This document shows positions 20,442-30,663 of a stretch of 64,000 bases of DNA, piece by piece. The notes below the pieces were generated by a model, which was not told the DNA's origin, did no database searches, and worked only from the letters and a program-made list of their open reading frames with translations. Made by a program: the position numbers and the translations under genes. Source of the stretch: Ignavibacteriales bacterium (GTDB taxonomy: Bacteria > Bacteroidota > Ignavibacteria > UBA10030 > UBA6906); contig JBBIRR010000010.1 of assembly GCA_037441705.1 (NCBI GenBank), positions 19,597 through 83,596 of the forward strand, written 5' to 3'. How positions within the stretch are numbered: the stretch's first letter is position 1; each line of letters begins with the position of its first letter.

Positions 20442-21800
20442 ATGCTACCGCACAGACTGCACTCCCTCCTTACGCGCGTGGGATTGCATCGCCCTGAGCT
20501 GCGGGCATGGGCGATGTACGACTGGGCGAATTCGGCGTACTACGTCGTCATCATCACCGCCATCTTTCCCATCTATTACCAAAAGGTTGCCTCGTCGGGC
20601 ATTGAGAAAGAGCTTGCGACGCAGCGTTTTGGGTGGGCAACGACGCTTGCCCTTGCTCTCGTGGCGGTTCTGTCTCCTATTCTCGGCGCGTATGCGGACT
20701 ATCGTGCTGCTCGCAAGCGCATGCTGGGCGGCTTCCTCGTCCTCGGTGTCGCGGCAACGGCATTCTTGTTTTTCATCCATGAAGGTGATTGGCTGCCGGC
20801 GCTGCTGCTGTTTGCGCTGGGGAACGTTGCCATCGCTACCAGCTTCGTCTTCTACGATTCACTCTTGCCGCACATCGCCAGCGAGTCCGAAATGGATCGT
20901 GTCTCGGCCGCAGGCTATGCGATTGGCTATCTCGGCGGCGGGCTGCTGATGCTGGTCAACGTGTTGTGGATCGTGATGCCGGAGACGTTCGGCATCGCCG
21001 ACAGCGACGCAGCAATTCGACTTGCGTTTCTCAGCGTTGCCATCTGGTGGGGGGTGTTCTCGATTCCTCTCTTCCGGAGAGTGCCCGAGCCTCCTCGCAT
21101 GATCGAAGCCGATGAGCGAGGCGCTGCAGGTCCGGTGCGCGTCACGTTCACGCGACTCGCCGAAACGTTCCGGGAACTTACCGGCTCGTACAAGCAAGTC
21201 GCCCTTTTGCTGCTTGCTATGTTCGTGTATAACGACGGCATCGGCACGGTGATTCGTATGGCGGGCATCTACGCTGAAACGCTCGGGCTTCCCATGCCCG
21301 ATGTCATCACGGCCATTCTTCTCGTGCAGTTCGTCGGCATTCCGTTTTCGTTTCTCTTCGGAAGCCTGGCAGGACGAATCGGTACAAAGCGGGCAATTCT
21401 CCTGGGGCTCGCTGTCTATGCCGGTATCACCGTTGTGGCCTACAGGCTTGAGAGCGTCGGGGAGTTTTACCTGTTGGCCGTTCTCGTTGCCATGGTGCAG
21501 GGAGGCACGCAAGCGCTCAGCCGCTCGCTCTTTGCTTCCATGACTCCGAAGCACAAGACCTCGGAGTTCTTCGGCTTCTTCTCGGTCTTCGAAAAATTCT
21601 CGGGTATCCTCGGGCCTCTCCTTTTCAGCATCATGATTGCTCTGACAGGCTCGAGCCGCAATGCCATTCTTGCGGTCTCCGGCTTCTTCGTCATCGGCGG
21701 GTTGATCCTTACTCTGGTCAGAGTGGAAGAGGGAAGGCGCCGAGCCTCGGAAGCGGACAGACTCCTGCTCGAGGGAGAAGTTCGGCAGAGTCAACCATAA
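20442..21800 (+). CDS. MFS transporter (UMF1/Atg22-like)
   Basis: WAMYDWANSA, FYDSLL, G...GY.GG, YNDG, GG.QALSRS, EFFG. Confidence 0.9.
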   Translation: MLPHRLHSLLTRVGLHRPELRAWAMYDWANSAYYVVIITAIFPIYYQKVASSGIEKELATQRFGWATTLALALVAVLSPILGAYADYRAARKRMLGGFLVLGVAATAFLFFIHEGDWLPALLLFALGNVAIATSFVFYDSLLPHIASESEMDRVSAAGYAIGYLGGGLLMLVNVLWIVMPETFGIADSDAAIRLAFLSVAIWWGVFSIPLFRRVPEPPRMIEADERGAAGPVRVTFTRLAETFRELTGSYKQVALLLLAMFVYNDGIGTVIRMAGIYAETLGLPMPDVITAILLVQFVGIPFSFLFGSLAGRIGTKRAILLGLAVYAGITVVAYRLESVGEFYLLAVLVAMVQGGTQALSRSLFASMTPKHKTSEFFGFFSVFEKFSGILGPLLFSIMIALTGSSRNAILAVSGFFVIGGLILTLVRVEEGRRRASEADRLLLEGEVRQSQP

Positions 21801-21931
21801 CCCGGACGACGCTTCCTGTTTACTTTTCAGCGCCACTTCCGTACCTTGAGTGAGAAGAAAGTTGTAGAGAAAGCCCATCGAGCGTTTTCTTGCCACACAA
21901 CCAACAGCAGAGCGGTTCATTCACCTCCCGT

Positions 21932-22654
21932 ATGGCGGCGTATTTCATTTCTGATGTTCATTTAGGATTGGGCGTGAAGGAACATGAGAAGGAAAAGGAG
22001 AACCGCCTGCTTGCATTCTTGCGTGGAATTTTTCCTACAGCCGAGATGTTGTTCATCGTTGGCGATCTGTTCGATTTCTGGTTTGAATACAAGACGGTCA
22101 TTCCCAAAGGATTTCATCGCACGCTTGCGATGCTGCAGGAATTTACCGATGCAGGCAAGCCGATTCACTATGTCGCGGGCAACCACGACTTCTGGATGAA
22201 CAATTATTTTGCCGACGAGCTGGGCATGACGCTGCATTTCGAGCCGTTCGACATCACCGTTCAGGGGAAACGCATTTTCCTCCATCACGGCGATGGGCTG
22301 GCACAGCATGATCTCGGCTATCGGCTGATCAAGCCGATCCTGCGCAACAAGCTGAACATCTGGCTTTACCGCTGGCTCCATCCCGACATCGGCGTACGCC
22401 TGGCGCGGAGGTCGTCCCGCACAAGTCGTGAATACACCTCGACCAAGAATTACGGTGAGGAAGAGGGAATGGTGCGTGAAGCCGAGAAGAAAATTCGCGA
22501 GGGGTTCGACATTGTTATCATGGGGCACCGGCACAAGCCCAGCGTTGTTCCCATTGACCATGGAGTCTACATCAATCTTGGGGATTGGATTGCCCATCAG
22601 ACGTATGCGGAGCTTTCTCATGGAACGATCGCCCTGAAAACCTGGGAACCATGA
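21932..22654 (+). CDS. lpxH: UDP-2,3-diacylglucosamine diphosphatase
   Basis: FISDVHLG, GDLFDFW.EY, GNHD.W, HGDGL, GHRH.P, NLGDW. Confidence 0.85.
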   Translation: MAAYFISDVHLGLGVKEHEKEKENRLLAFLRGIFPTAEMLFIVGDLFDFWFEYKTVIPKGFHRTLAMLQEFTDAGKPIHYVAGNHDFWMNNYFADELGMTLHFEPFDITVQGKRIFLHHGDGLAQHDLGYRLIKPILRNKLNIWLYRWLHPDIGVRLARRSSRTSREYTSTKNYGEEEGMVREAEKKIREGFDIVIMGHRHKPSVVPIDHGVYINLGDWIAHQTYAELSHGTIALKTWEP

Positions 22655-22670
22655 AGGACAACGGAAGAGT

Positions 22671-24956
22671 ATGGCAGGCTATAAAGACGAAGACCTTGAG
22701 CGCTTCTTCAACGATCCCGACTTCAGGAGGCGACAGCTGAAACGTCAGCGCATCAAGATGACGCTGCGGCAGATGCTGGTGGTATGCGCCGTGGCGCTTG
22801 TAGGTGTGGGGGCGTTCGGCTACTATCTCGCCTCCGGCCTTCCTTCGCTGGACAAAATCGAGAATCCGAAGCCGGAACTTGCGACCAAAGTGTTCTCCAG
22901 CGATGGCGAGGTCCTCGATCATTTCTACATCAAGAATCGGTCGCAAGTCTCCCTTCAGGAGATCCCGCAACCGATCGTCGATGCGCTGATTGCCACCGAG
23001 GACAAGGATTTCTACAATCATTGGGGCGTGGATCTGATCCGGTTCGCCAAGGCGATGGTGAAGAACCTCTTTTCGCTTCGCCTGAAGGAGGGGGCCAGCA
23101 CCATCACGCAGCAACTTGCCCGCAATCTCTATCTGGGTAAGAGTGATCGTAACGCGTTCGACAAGGCCGTACGGAAAATGCGGGAGTTCATCACCTCGGT
23201 GCAGCTCGAGCGGCGATTCACCAAGGCCGAAATCCTCGAGTTCTATTTCAACGTCGTCTACTTTGGACGAGGTGCATACGGCATCTCGTCGGCGTCGCAG
23301 GTGTACTTCGGGAAAGCCCCGGCCGAACTTTCTCTCGCTCAGATTGCAACACTGATTGCCGTGCTTAAGGGACCGAACTATTATGACCCGATCAGTCATC
23401 CCGAGCGGGCCATTGCGCGCCGCAACGTCGTCCTCTCGCAGATGGAGAAGTATGGGTTCATCACGCCGGAACAGGAAACACAGGCGCGGGAAGAAAAGCT
23501 CGACATCAAATCGGAAGAAGAAATCCTCACGCCCGGCATTGCCCCACATTTCGTGGAGTACGTTCGCCAGCAGATGATGCAGAAGGCGGAGAAGTACGGC
23601 TTCGACATGTACCGCGATGGCTTGAGCGTGTACACGACGTTGAATGCACGCATGCAGCGCTACGCAAACCAGGCCGTCGAAGAACACCTGACACAGTACC
23701 AGAAGATGTTCGACAAGATGTGGGACTGGAAGAAACACAAGGACGTCCTGCAGAACGTGATTGATCTTGCTGTCGTCACATCACCGGAGTACCGACGTGC
23801 CAGAACGAGCGAGGAACGCGACAGCATATCGCGAGCGCTGCGCGCCGACCAGGCCTGGGTTGATTCGATGGCGCGGCTGGCAAAACGCATTGAAGTCGGC
23901 TTTGTGGCAATCAATCCGTCGGACGGCAACATCCTTGCGATGGTCGGCGGCTCCAACTTCAGGCACTTCAAATACGGGCTGAACCATGTCACGCAAATCA
24001 AGCGGCAGGCAGGGTCGGCCTTCAAGCCGTTCGTCTATACCGTTGCTATCGACAACGGCTACCCGCCGACATTCGAACTCCTGAATCAGCCCGTCACACT
24101 CATCATGCCCGACGGCAAACGCTGGACGCCGGAGAATGACAACAAGGAATTCGGCGGCAAGATGACGATCCGCGAAGGGTTGAAGAAGTCCGTCAACCTT
24201 ATCGCGGTTCGCGCCATCATGGAAATTGCCCCCAAAACACAGGTCGTCCAATACGCGAGACGCATGGGAATTACGTCGAAACTTCCGCCGTACGAATCGC
24301 TGGCGTTGGGGGCTGCGGAAATCTCGCCGTTAGAGATGACCACTGCCTTCGGCGTGTTTGCCAATCGTGGCGTGCTGGTGGAACCGATCTCGATCTTGCG
24401 CATTGAAGACAAGAACGGCAACGTGATCGAGGAGAACACGGCGGCCAAACGCGAAGTCTTGAGCGACGAAACAGCCTTTATCATGACGTCCATGCTTCAG
24501 GACGTGGTAGATGAAGGGACGGCTCTGCGGGTGCGCAACTTCTTTCATCTCCCTGCCGCAGGAAAGACCGGAACCACGAACGATTATGCCGACGCATGGT
24601 TTCTCGGCTTCACGCCGCATATTGTCGCAGGGGTGTGGGTGGGATTTGATAACAAAACTGTTCGCTTCACCAACGCCGACGGTCAGGGAGGGCGAGCGGC
24701 AGCACCGATCTGGGGAAGGTTCATGAAATACGTCTATGCCGACAAGAGCATCGGCTTGCCGCTGGAGTATTTCACGCGCCCGCCCGGAGTGTTGGAGGAT
24801 TCGATCTGCGTGGTCACAAAGCAACTTGCGCGTGAGTTCTGCCCCGAGAAGGCAGTGGAGTATTTCACCGAACGAATGCGACCCGACAGCTGCTCGGTGC
24901 ATACCAGCGCGCATTGGAAGGACTTCGAAGAACCATCGGGGACAATCCGCTACTGA
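22671..24956 (+). CDS. Penicillin-binding protein 1A (transglycosylase/transpeptidase)
   Basis: ATED..FY.H.GVD, GASTITQQLARN, RQAGSAFKP (SxxK), SVN, GKTGTTN. Confidence 0.95.
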   Translation: MAGYKDEDLERFFNDPDFRRRQLKRQRIKMTLRQMLVVCAVALVGVGAFGYYLASGLPSLDKIENPKPELATKVFSSDGEVLDHFYIKNRSQVSLQEIPQPIVDALIATEDKDFYNHWGVDLIRFAKAMVKNLFSLRLKEGASTITQQLARNLYLGKSDRNAFDKAVRKMREFITSVQLERRFTKAEILEFYFNVVYFGRGAYGISSASQVYFGKAPAELSLAQIATLIAVLKGPNYYDPISHPERAIARRNVVLSQMEKYGFITPEQETQAREEKLDIKSEEEILTPGIAPHFVEYVRQQMMQKAEKYGFDMYRDGLSVYTTLNARMQRYANQAVEEHLTQYQKMFDKMWDWKKHKDVLQNVIDLAVVTSPEYRRARTSEERDSISRALRADQAWVDSMARLAKRIEVGFVAINPSDGNILAMVGGSNFRHFKYGLNHVTQIKRQAGSAFKPFVYTVAIDNGYPPTFELLNQPVTLIMPDGKRWTPENDNKEFGGKMTIREGLKKSVNLIAVRAIMEIAPKTQVVQYARRMGITSKLPPYESLALGAAEISPLEMTTAFGVFANRGVLVEPISILRIEDKNGNVIEENTAAKREVLSDETAFIMTSMLQDVVDEGTALRVRNFFHLPAAGKTGTTNDYADAWFLGFTPHIVAGVWVGFDNKTVRFTNADGQGGRAAAPIWGRFMKYVYADKSIGLPLEYFTRPPGVLEDSICVVTKQLAREFCPEKAVEYFTERMRPDSCSVHTSAHWKDFEEPSGTIRY

Positions 24957-24969
24957 AGGACCAGAAACA

Positions 24970-24998
24970 CAGAAGCCTGCCACTGAGGCAGGCTTCTG
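24970..24998. terminator. Perfect 12-bp hairpin between convergent genes (likely bidirectional terminator)
   Basis: CAGAAGCCTGCC-actga-GGCAGGCTTCTG. Confidence 0.75.
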
Positions 24999-25028
24999 CA
25001 TCACCATCGCTGCAACCCGATCCCACCG

Positions 25029-25169
25029 TCAATCTGCCCTCAACTCGCGTTCGAAAATATCATCCGTATCATCGGCGGCGAGAGGCGCACGAACTTTCCT
25101 GCGTTTTTCGATCAGCAGCAGAGGAACCGAGGCAAGCGCCAGAAGAGCAAAGTACTTCAAGAACCTCAT
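25029..25169 (-). CDS. Small 46-aa single-TM protein
   Basis: MRFLKYFALLALASVPLLLIEKRRKVRAPLAADDTDDIFERELRAD; AGGTGGGA RBS-like sequence upstream; downstream hairpin. Confidence 0.6.
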   Translation of the reverse strand: MRFLKYFALLALASVPLLLIEKRRKVRAPLAADDTDDIFERELRAD

Positions 25170-25326
25170 TTCATCCCACCTGTTGTTTGATGTGATTGTC
25201 TGATGCACGGACAACATACAATGGAACGGTCCGCAGTGCCGTGACATTCAACACACGGCATATTCCCTCCTATCGCCAACCAAGCCTGTCCGGTTCCGGG
25301 GTGTCCTATTAAGGCTTGGATGCGTA

Positions 25327-27657
25327 CTATTGGGTAATCTTCCGGACGAATTCCTGATCGCTGCGGAGGGCGAGCAGGTCAAGATCAAGAATCTGCTGCA
25401 AGGAAAACCGCCGGTAGATTGCCTTTGCCAGGAGGGCATAGGCTTCCGGCGATTGCCCGCCCTGGAGTGCAGCGACACGAGCCGCATAATAGAGTGTTTC
25501 GTAATTGTCTGGCGCAAGCGCCAGCGCACGTGAACGCGCCTGAGTCCCCTCCTTGAAGTTTCCCAAGCGCGTTTCGATAAGGGACAGGTAGGAGTAGAGC
25601 TGCGCATCGTGCGGCCGGACTTTGAGCTGCTGCAGCACGAGTTTTCTGGCATGCCCAAGCACCTCGTCCCACATCCGCTTTGATTTGCCCGCAAGCTGAT
25701 ACATCCTGCCGAGATCGTACAGCGCGGCGATTGTGTCCGGTTCGATCGTGAGGTTCTGCTTCACGACGTCCAAAGCCTGCTCACGCCGATCGTTGGCAAC
25801 CAGTGCCGCCACATAGGTATCACTGCGATGGCGCTCATGCGCGGGCCTCAGCGAAGCTTCCGTCTGAAGCGCCTGCAGCGCTGTTTGTGCGTTGCCGAGC
25901 AGCAGACTGAGGTTGCCCAGCAGAGCGTGGGAGAGAGGGTTGTGGGGATCGTACTGGACGGCGCGACGGGCGGCGTCGACGGCCTGCTCGGTTTTGCCCA
26001 CGCGCAGCAGGGCGAGCGCAAGACGTCGCTGTGCCTCTGCGTCGCTGGGAGCGACTTCTACTGCCCGGCTGAGTCTCTCAATCGCCTCGTGGTATCGTGC
26101 GCTGTAATAGTCAATCATGCCCCAGAGTGTGTACACGCCGGAGCCCTTCGCGCCCAAACCCATCCCGCGCTGAAGGCTCGCATATGCTTGTTGCAGAAGC
26201 GCGTGGGAAGTATCACGCCCGGTTTCGTACAGCAGAACGCGCGTTTGCCCCCAGAGGATTTGTGCATCGGCAAAGAGCGAGTCCTGCCCTATGATGCGCT
26301 GCAGCACCTGTGTTGCCGAATCAAGTCCACCCGGCTCCGGGTGATGCATCAGCGAGCGGGCGACAAGATAGGCCTCGTACGTCCCGTCCAACGGAAGAGA
26401 CATTGCCCAGCGCGTTTGTGATTCGTCGCTGGGTATCCCCATGGCCCGAATCAACGTCGGAATCGCATCGTTGTGGATGAGCGCAAGTTTGCTTCTCTGC
26501 ATCGGATAGGTTGTGCCTGCGACGACGCGCCCTTCGGACAGTTTTCGCAGCACCATTCGAACATATGTTGAATTCTCTCTTGCAACAGTGCTTAGCGTAA
26601 GGACAAACGACGCGCCGACCTCGCGAGCCAGACGCGTCCCATCTCCGTCGCTTGCGTGACGGCGCAGGCCCGTCTCCGTTGCAAACACTTCGATGTCGCG
26701 GAACTGAGCGAGCCGTGCGGTAAGGTCGTCAGCTAATCCCATCGTGAGATCATCGGGTGCGGTTCCCCCGTCGGCGTGAGCGACCGGAACAATGAGCAGC
26801 GATACGTGTTCGCGAAAGACGGTAGTACGAAGTTGATGATAGATCACTGAGGCCGTCTGCACGCCGAGAAACACAAGCACGCCGGCAAGCACCACGCTCC
26901 ACCTATGTCTCATGAGAACGTTCACCACCTTGCGGACAGCCGGCGTAGGAACATGAACTGCAGTGTGCGCCTCAGTGGGCGGCGATGGGGGTGGCAGAGG
27001 CTCCGGCAGTTCAGCAGGAGGTGTGTCGATTGCCACGGAGGGCTGCACGGATGGGGCGGGTTGTTGCTCTTGTTCGAGCCGACGCTTCTTCTCTTCGGCT
27101 TCAAGCCGCTCGGCAAGCTCTTTCGCTTTACGGATATTGCCTTGAAGCTCAAGGGCGGCAGCGTTTTCAGGATCAAGCGTCAGCAGCGTTGCGATGTTCT
27201 GCAACGCGATGTCATACAGCTCACGCTGGTAGGCTTCGTTCGCTGCGTTGAGCAGGTCGGCAATTTGCGATCGCTCTTCGGTAGGCGGCGCAGCGGGCGA
27301 GTCCTTCGGTGCGTTTGCTTCCCGCCGCCGGGTAATCTCTGCACCGATTTGATCGACGATGGGATCATCGGGCAGCAGCGCAATCAGTTCATTGTGCAGG
27401 GCGGTTGCGCGCTCCAGATCGTTGTCCACCAGAGCCTGTGCCAGCTCGTCACGCAGATCGGTGACCTCCGAATCGTGGAGAAGGTCCAAACCCGACGGCG
27501 CCGGGTCGGCCGACGGCACCGACGCGGTGGGAGACTCGAGGGCCAGCTTCAACTCTTCCGCCTCAATACGAGCAAGCTCGGCTTCTTCAGCCCGCTTACG
27601 AATTTCATCCAGAAGCTGCTGTCGCGCGGGTTCGCCAGCTTTCGCATCAGTCAACAT
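25327..27657 (-). CDS. TPR-repeat membrane protein with central TolB/FlgO-like region
   Basis: N-terminal coiled-coil/TPR, Pro-rich linker, one TM, multiple C-terminal TPRs. Confidence 0.75.
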   Translation of the reverse strand: MLTDAKAGEPARQQLLDEIRKRAEEAELARIEAEELKLALESPTASVPSADPAPSGLDLLHDSEVTDLRDELAQALVDNDLERATALHNELIALLPDDPIVDQIGAEITRRREANAPKDSPAAPPTEERSQIADLLNAANEAYQRELYDIALQNIATLLTLDPENAAALELQGNIRKAKELAERLEAEEKKRRLEQEQQPAPSVQPSVAIDTPPAELPEPLPPPSPPTEAHTAVHVPTPAVRKVVNVLMRHRWSVVLAGVLVFLGVQTASVIYHQLRTTVFREHVSLLIVPVAHADGGTAPDDLTMGLADDLTARLAQFRDIEVFATETGLRRHASDGDGTRLAREVGASFVLTLSTVARENSTYVRMVLRKLSEGRVVAGTTYPMQRSKLALIHNDAIPTLIRAMGIPSDESQTRWAMSLPLDGTYEAYLVARSLMHHPEPGGLDSATQVLQRIIGQDSLFADAQILWGQTRVLLYETGRDTSHALLQQAYASLQRGMGLGAKGSGVYTLWGMIDYYSARYHEAIERLSRAVEVAPSDAEAQRRLALALLRVGKTEQAVDAARRAVQYDPHNPLSHALLGNLSLLLGNAQTALQALQTEASLRPAHERHRSDTYVAALVANDRREQALDVVKQNLTIEPDTIAALYDLGRMYQLAGKSKRMWDEVLGHARKLVLQQLKVRPHDAQLYSYLSLIETRLGNFKEGTQARSRALALAPDNYETLYYAARVAALQGGQSPEAYALLAKAIYRRFSLQQILDLDLLALRSDQEFVRKITQ

Positions 27658-27782
27658 AATTCCTCACCGGTACCTTACACTGCCCGAACATTGTGGGTTC
27701 TAACGCCTCCAGAAAAATAGGTGCAAGCACTCTGCCAACGTCGTGCTATCCTCCATATTGTATATCGGCAGAGAGGGGACAG

Positions 27783-28307
27783 TTATTGAGACTGCGCTTC
27801 GGCGAGAATGGCGAGAAGATCGTCTTCGAGCGAGGTACGCGGCGCTTCAACGATCCGCCCGATTTCTTTTCCGTTCTTGAACAAGATGAAGGTGGGAACA
27901 AACTCTATGTGGTACTGATCGGTTACGCCATCGTTACTTTTCTTGGTGCGATCAACGCCATAGAACTTTATTCGTGATGGGGGAATGGAAGCAAGATCGG
28001 CGATCTTGAGAAACCTCGGGACATGCCGCTTGCTATCGCTGCACCATGTGCCGAGAACGACCACGATGTCAATATCCGCATGGAGCTGACGTATCATCTC
28101 GACAACGTCTGCTTCAATCTGCGTCGAATCGTACACCTGCTGAAAGCGCGGATAGGCCGATGTCATGAAATCGTTCCGCTGAATCCAGCCGAGCGCCATT
28201 TCTTCGGCGGACTGTGTCTGTTTGCTCGAGCCGCATCCCGACCCTGCGATGAGAAGAAATGCTGCGATGCAGAGAGATACACGAATCATCGGTTGCGCAC
28301 TCCTCAT
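27783..28307 (-). CDS. Thioredoxin-family lipoprotein (CxxS)
   Basis: Lipobox GSGC; GTWCSDS; VPTFI..GKEIGRIVE.P. Confidence 0.88.
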   Translation of the reverse strand: MRSAQPMIRVSLCIAAFLLIAGSGCGSSKQTQSAEEMALGWIQRNDFMTSAYPRFQQVYDSTQIEADVVEMIRQLHADIDIVVVLGTWCSDSKRHVPRFLKIADLASIPPSRIKFYGVDRTKKSNDGVTDQYHIEFVPTFILFKNGKEIGRIVEAPRTSLEDDLLAILAEAQSQ

Positions 28308-28385
28308 ATTTTCTTTCTGACCCGAATCAGCTATATTGGTTGCACCTCAAGGTAGTAACGCTGCGCATCAAACACAACGACCATC

Positions 28386-28796
28386 ATGCCCAAGCCGCTG
28401 GACAAACGATACGATGTGGAAGATGTCTCCCACGTCGATCGGGCCGTATTAGAGACCTTCCCGTACGAGTATCCGGGCAAAGATACCGTGATCAACATCA
28501 GCACGGATGAGTTCACCGCAGTGTGTCCGTGGTCGGGATTGCCGGATTTCGGGACGGTCCGCATCGAGTACATTCCGAACAAGCTTGTTATCGAGCTTCG
28601 GTCGTTGAAGTACTATCTGCTGTCGTATCGGCAGGTCGGGATTTATCAGGAGCATGCGGTCAATCGGATTCTTGAGGATCTTGTTCGGTGTGCGAAGCCG
28701 AGGTGGATGAAGGTCGAGCTTGACTACAAAGTCCGCGGCGGGATTCACACGGTGGCGAGCCGCGAATTTCACGGGAAGGGCCGCCGCAGGCCGTAG
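28386..28796 (+). CDS. queF: preQ0 reductase (NADPH-dependent 7-cyano-7-deazaguanine reductase)
   Basis: EFTAVCPWSGLPDF, ELRSLKYYL.SYR..GI.QE, RGGI. Confidence 0.95.
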   Translation: MPKPLDKRYDVEDVSHVDRAVLETFPYEYPGKDTVINISTDEFTAVCPWSGLPDFGTVRIEYIPNKLVIELRSLKYYLLSYRQVGIYQEHAVNRILEDLVRCAKPRWMKVELDYKVRGGIHTVASREFHGKGRRRP

Positions 28797-28799
28797 GAT

Positions 28800-29393
28800 A
28801 TGGGCCAAACGCTTCTGATTGCGCTGTACATTGCCTGCGAGCTTATCGCGAACGTGACGGCGTCGAAACCCGTGGAGGTTCTTGGGCTGACGACGCCGGG
28901 TGGTGTGTTCATCTACGCCGTAACGTTCACCCTCGTTGACCTTATCAATGAGCAGGTCGGGAAAATTGGTGCGAGGCGCATTGTCTATGCGGCGTTTATC
29001 GCCAATATCGTTCTTGCCCTCTACGTTTCGTTGGTCGTGGCGTTACCTTCTCCTGCCTATTACTCACAGCACGCTGCATTTGCGGGCGTGTTGGGGTCCA
29101 CGCCGCGCATCGTCGTTGCCAGTCTCACAGCGTATCTGATCAGTTCGCTTCTCGATGTCGAAGTGTTTGCCTGGTGGAAGCGTCGTGTCGGCCGCCATCG
29201 TTGGGCGCGCGTTCTGGTGAGCAATACCATTTCGACCCTCGTGGATAGCGCCGTGTTTGTGGCAATCGCTTTCGTCGGCGTGCTGCCGCTTGCTCCGCTG
29301 GTGATCGGCCAGTACGCCATGAAAATGATCATCACGCTGCTGAGCATCCCTCTCATCTACCTTGTCCGAGGAACGTCCCGCAGCATCACCTGA
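28800..29393 (+). CDS. Queuosine precursor transporter (YhhQ/Vut_1 family)
   Basis: AN..A.K, D.INE..G, PRIV.AS..AYL.S..LD, R...SN..S..VDS..F; adjacent to queF. Confidence 0.9.
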   Translation: MGQTLLIALYIACELIANVTASKPVEVLGLTTPGGVFIYAVTFTLVDLINEQVGKIGARRIVYAAFIANIVLALYVSLVVALPSPAYYSQHAAFAGVLGSTPRIVVASLTAYLISSLLDVEVFAWWKRRVGRHRWARVLVSNTISTLVDSAVFVAIAFVGVLPLAPLVIGQYAMKMIITLLSIPLIYLVRGTSRSIT

Positions 29394-30156
29394 GGTGCCG
29401 CTTCAGGAAAACTGCGTCCTTAAGATTGTCGTGCAGGGTTCTTGCGGTCCTGAGCGCTCGCAGGTTGAGGGCGAACCTCATCACGCGGCGGCCTGTCCGG
29501 GTTCTGTTCGATGCGATAAGCCTCCCCTGCGGGTCGAAGACGTAGGAGTAGCCTCCCTCTTCATCCGTTGCGTTACAACCGAGGACGAAAATCTGGTTCT
29601 CGATTGCACGGGCTTTCAGCAGGGTTTGCCACGCACTATCTCGTATGCGCGGCCAGCGGGCGGGAACGAACAACACGTCCAGACCTTTCCGTGCCATCAC
29701 GCGAATAAGTTCAGGGAACCTCAGATCGTAGCAGATAACAACACCTGCACGGAGGAGGCCGCCCTTCGTTCGAATCGTAAAGGGTTCAGCCTTGAGCTTC
29801 CCGGGTCGAAAGTACTCAGGATCGTTGGTGGGTTTGAACAGATGAATCTTGTCGTACCGATGAACAAGTTTTCCGCCGGAGAATACGAGAGCGGAATTGG
29901 TTGGGGATGGAGTGCCCGCGTGCAGAAACACACTGCCTGCAACAATTGTGCACCCGAGGGCTTGGGATGATTCCCGGATCGTGGAGAGGAGTGGACTGTT
30001 CAGGCTATGCGGTGGTGTTCCGCGTTGCAACGCCGCGTAGCCACCGTCGGCCAACTCGGGGAAGAGCAGGATGTCGAGCGAAGAGAGGAGGCGAGCGTAG
30101 TGCGGTCGACTGACCACATCGGCATCGAAGCCGAAGCCGACCCGCACAATGCTCAT
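29386..30156 (-). CDS. Carbon-nitrogen hydrolase (nitrilase family)
   Basis: FPEL, YDKIHLF, ICYDLRFPE, ARAIENQ. Confidence 0.9.
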   Translation of the reverse strand: MSIVRVGFGFDADVVSRPHYARLLSSLDILLFPELADGGYAALQRGTPPHSLNSPLLSTIRESSQALGCTIVAGSVFLHAGTPSPTNSALVFSGGKLVHRYDKIHLFKPTNDPEYFRPGKLKAEPFTIRTKGGLLRAGVVICYDLRFPELIRVMARKGLDVLFVPARWPRIRDSAWQTLLKARAIENQIFVLGCNATDEEGGYSYVFDPQGRLIASNRTRTGRRVMRFALNLRALRTARTLHDNLKDAVFLKRHLR

Positions 30157-30162
30157 CGCGGA

Positions 30163-30363
30163 TTACTTTCGTGAGATGTTGATGGCGCGTTTCCCCTTTT
30201 GCTCCGTCTTCACTTCGAACGTCACCAGATCACCTTGCCGCAGCTGATCGCGGAAACCCGTCTGCTTCACGTTGCTCTGGTGAAAGAAAATATCCTCTCC
30301 TCCGTCCACCGTGATGAATCCAAAACCCTTTGTTGCGTTGAAGAACTTAACAGTCCCTTCCAT
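30163..30363 (-). CDS. Cold-shock domain protein
   Basis: GTVKFFN..KGFGFI, DIFFH. Confidence 0.93.
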   Translation of the reverse strand: MEGTVKFFNATKGFGFITVDGGEDIFFHQSNVKQTGFRDQLRQGDLVTFEVKTEQKGKRAINISRK

Positions 30364-30397
30364 GATACCATGCCTCTTAACTGATGATTGATGAGAA

Positions 30398-30436
30398 CAG
30401 AAAGCCCCAGTCCGAGCCAAGGCCGGGACCGGGGCT
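30398..30436 (-). terminator. Hairpin terminator between the two csp genes
   Basis: Minus strand AGCCCCGGTCC...GGACTGGGGCT followed by TTCTG. Confidence 0.6.
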
Positions 30437-30462
30437 GTACTGCGTACAATTGGTAAACGTGC

Positions 30463-30663
30463 TTAGATCTTGGTCACGTTCGAAGCTTGCAAACCCTTCG
30501 GTCCCTTTTCAACGTCGAACTGGACTTTGTCTCCCTCGTTGAGGGTCTTGTACCCTTCACCGACGATGGCCTTGTAGTGAACGAACACGTCCTCACCACT
30601 TGAGCGTTGAATGAAACCGAAGCCTTTGGCTCCGTTGAACCATTTGACTGTTCCTGTCTCCAT
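30463..30663 (-). CDS. Cold-shock protein (CspA family)
   Basis: GTVKWFN..KGFGFI, DVFVH, GPKG.QA.NV. Confidence 0.96.
   Translation of the reverse strand: METGTVKWFNGAKGFGFIQRSSGEDVFVHYKAIVGEGYKTLNEGDKVQFDVEKGPKGLQASNVTKI

Noticed and set aside
28308-28385. Possible preQ1 riboswitch upstream of queF
   Set aside because: No recognisable preQ1-I stem with GGTTC loop and A-rich tail; the short divergent spacer looks like promoter only
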